Shown piece by piece: positions 31,185 to 32,000 of a stretch of DNA of 32,000 bases. Origin of the DNA: Erysipelotrichaceae bacterium (GTDB lineage: Bacteria > Bacillota_I > Bacilli_A > Erysipelotrichales > Erysipelotrichaceae); the NCBI GenBank assembly GCA_963676105.1, contig OY781039.1, positions 1,200,001-1,232,000 on the forward strand, written 5' to 3'. The notes beneath the pieces were generated by a model. It was not told the DNA's origin. It ran no database searches and worked only from the letters and a program-made list of their open reading frames with translations. Both the position numbers and the translations under genes were made by a program. Numbering within the stretch: position 1 is the first letter of the stretch; each line of letters starts with the position of its first letter.

Positions 31185-32000
31185 TTAGTCCTCCTTTTTT
31201 TCTTCAGTTGCTTCTTCTGCAGCAGGTGCTTCCTCAGCAACAACTTCTTCTTTAACTTCTTCAACCACTGCTTCAGCTGCAACTTCTTCAACAACCGGTG
31301 TTTCTTCAACAACAGCAGTTTCCGCTACAACTTCCTCAGCGACAACTTCTTCAACAACTTCTTCAACGACTGGTGTACGATCGAGTAAATCTTTCGCATC
31401 AACAGATTTCTTACGTTTTGTTGTTGTTTTAACGACTACGAAGCCACGTTTAGGTCCAGGTACATTACCTTTAATTAATAGTGCATCGTTTTCGAGATCA
31501 ACTTTAATAATTTCTAAGTTTTGGTTAGTTGTGGAATATCCACCTTCTTGACCAGCCATTGCACGGCCTTTGTTGATAATACCGTTATTACGTCCAACAG
31601 TAGCGAGTGAACCTACACCTCTGTGGAAGCCTGAACCGTGAGATTTAGGACCGATAGTTTGATTGTTACGAACAATCGCACCCATGAATCCTTTACCTTT
31701 CGATGTGCCAGATACATCAACCATTTCGCCTGCAGTGAATAAGTCAACTTTAACTTCTTGACCTACTTCATATCCATTCATAGCTTCACCGCGAATTTCG
31801 CGAATGAATTTCTTTGGAGCAGCATTTGCTTTGGTAGCATGTCCGACTAGTGATTTGTTTGCACGTTGAGGTTTAACATCTTGTACACCTAATTGAACGG
31901 CAACGTAACCGTCTGTTTCGACAGTTTTCTTTTGAAGAACGATATTAGGCTCAACCTTAACAACTGTTACAGGAATTAATTGACCTTCAGTTGTGAAGAT
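31185..32000 (-). CDS. rplC: 50S ribosomal protein L3 (5' end beyond the window) with a ~70-aa acidic C-terminal extension
   Basis: The ORF track starts at an internal Met (31781), but the frame stays open to 32000. Hand translation gives IFTTEGQLIPVTVVKVEPNIVLQKKTVETDGYVAVQLGVQDVKPQRANKSLVGHATKANAAPKKFIREIRGEAMNGYEV..., collinear with B. subtilis L3 from about residue 14. The core ends near VVVKTTTKRKK and a V/E/A-rich tail follows. Confidence 0.95.
   Translation of the reverse strand: MFTTEGQLIPVTVVKVEPNIVLQKKTVETDGYVAVQLGVQDVKPQRANKSLVGHATKANAAPKKFIREIRGEAMNGYEVGQEVKVDLFTAGEMVDVSGTSKGKGFMGAIVRNNQTIGPKSHGSGFHRGVGSLATVGRNNGIINKGRAMAGQEGGYSTTNQNLEIIKVDLENDALLIKGNVPGPKRGFVVVKTTTKRKKSVDAKDLLDRTPVVEEVVEEVVAEEVVAETAVVEETPVVEEVAAEAVVEEVKEEVVAEEAPAAEEATEEKKED
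31188..31376 (-). repeat. Coding low-complexity repeat (VVEE/AEE units) forming the L3 tail
   Basis: The protein reads TPVVEEVVEEVVAEEVVAETAVVEETPVVEEVAAEAVVEEVKEEVVAEEAPAAEEATEEKKED. The DNA is a degenerate GAAGAAGTTGTT-type periodic repeat. Confidence 0.8.

Overview
This is a low-GC, Bacillota-type core-genome window that uses the standard genetic code, and every feature I can support lies on the minus strand. In transcription order (32000 to 1) it holds five blocks. (1) The distal S10 operon, the spc operon and the alpha operon: rplC (5' end off-window), rplD, rplW, rplB, rpsS, rplV, rpsC, rplP, rpmC, rpsQ, rplN, rplX, rplE, rpsN, rpsH, rplF, rplR, rpsE, rplO, secY, adk, map, infA, rpmJ, rpsM, rpsK, rpoA and rplQ, followed by a terminator. 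(2) A complete pyrimidine operon with a PyrR attenuator, pyrR-pyrB-pyrC-carA-carB-pyrK-pyrD-pyrF-pyrE, followed by a terminator. (3) A small RraB-like anchored protein, ecfA1, ecfA2, ecfT, truA, a PHP phosphatase, a YhfC/CPBP-like membrane protease and a lipoprotein. (4) rplM-rpsI with its own promoter and leader, followed by a terminator. (5) An RBBP9/YdeN-type serine hydrolase, a self-contained tRNA-Ile(GAU)/tRNA-Ala(UGC) unit, and the 5' end of a MATE efflux gene. I found no transposase, integrase, CRISPR array, toxin-antitoxin pair, defence or phage genes, and no uncharacterised multi-gene system. This is an ordinary housekeeping region. The points worth a second look are modest. L24 (basic AKKA tail), L3 (acidic V/E tail) and S3 (Arg-rich, then A/K/E-rich tail) carry long low-complexity C-terminal extensions. 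The pyr operon and a three-gene block interrupt the conserved rplQ-ecfA-ecfA-ecfT-truA-rplM-rpsI array. A hydrophobic-anchored RraB-like protein heads the ecf operon. rpmD (L30) is absent. The Ile/Ala tRNA pair sits outside any rRNA operon. Small features that I mapped by hand (promoters, hairpins, tRNA ends) may be off by 1-2 nt.
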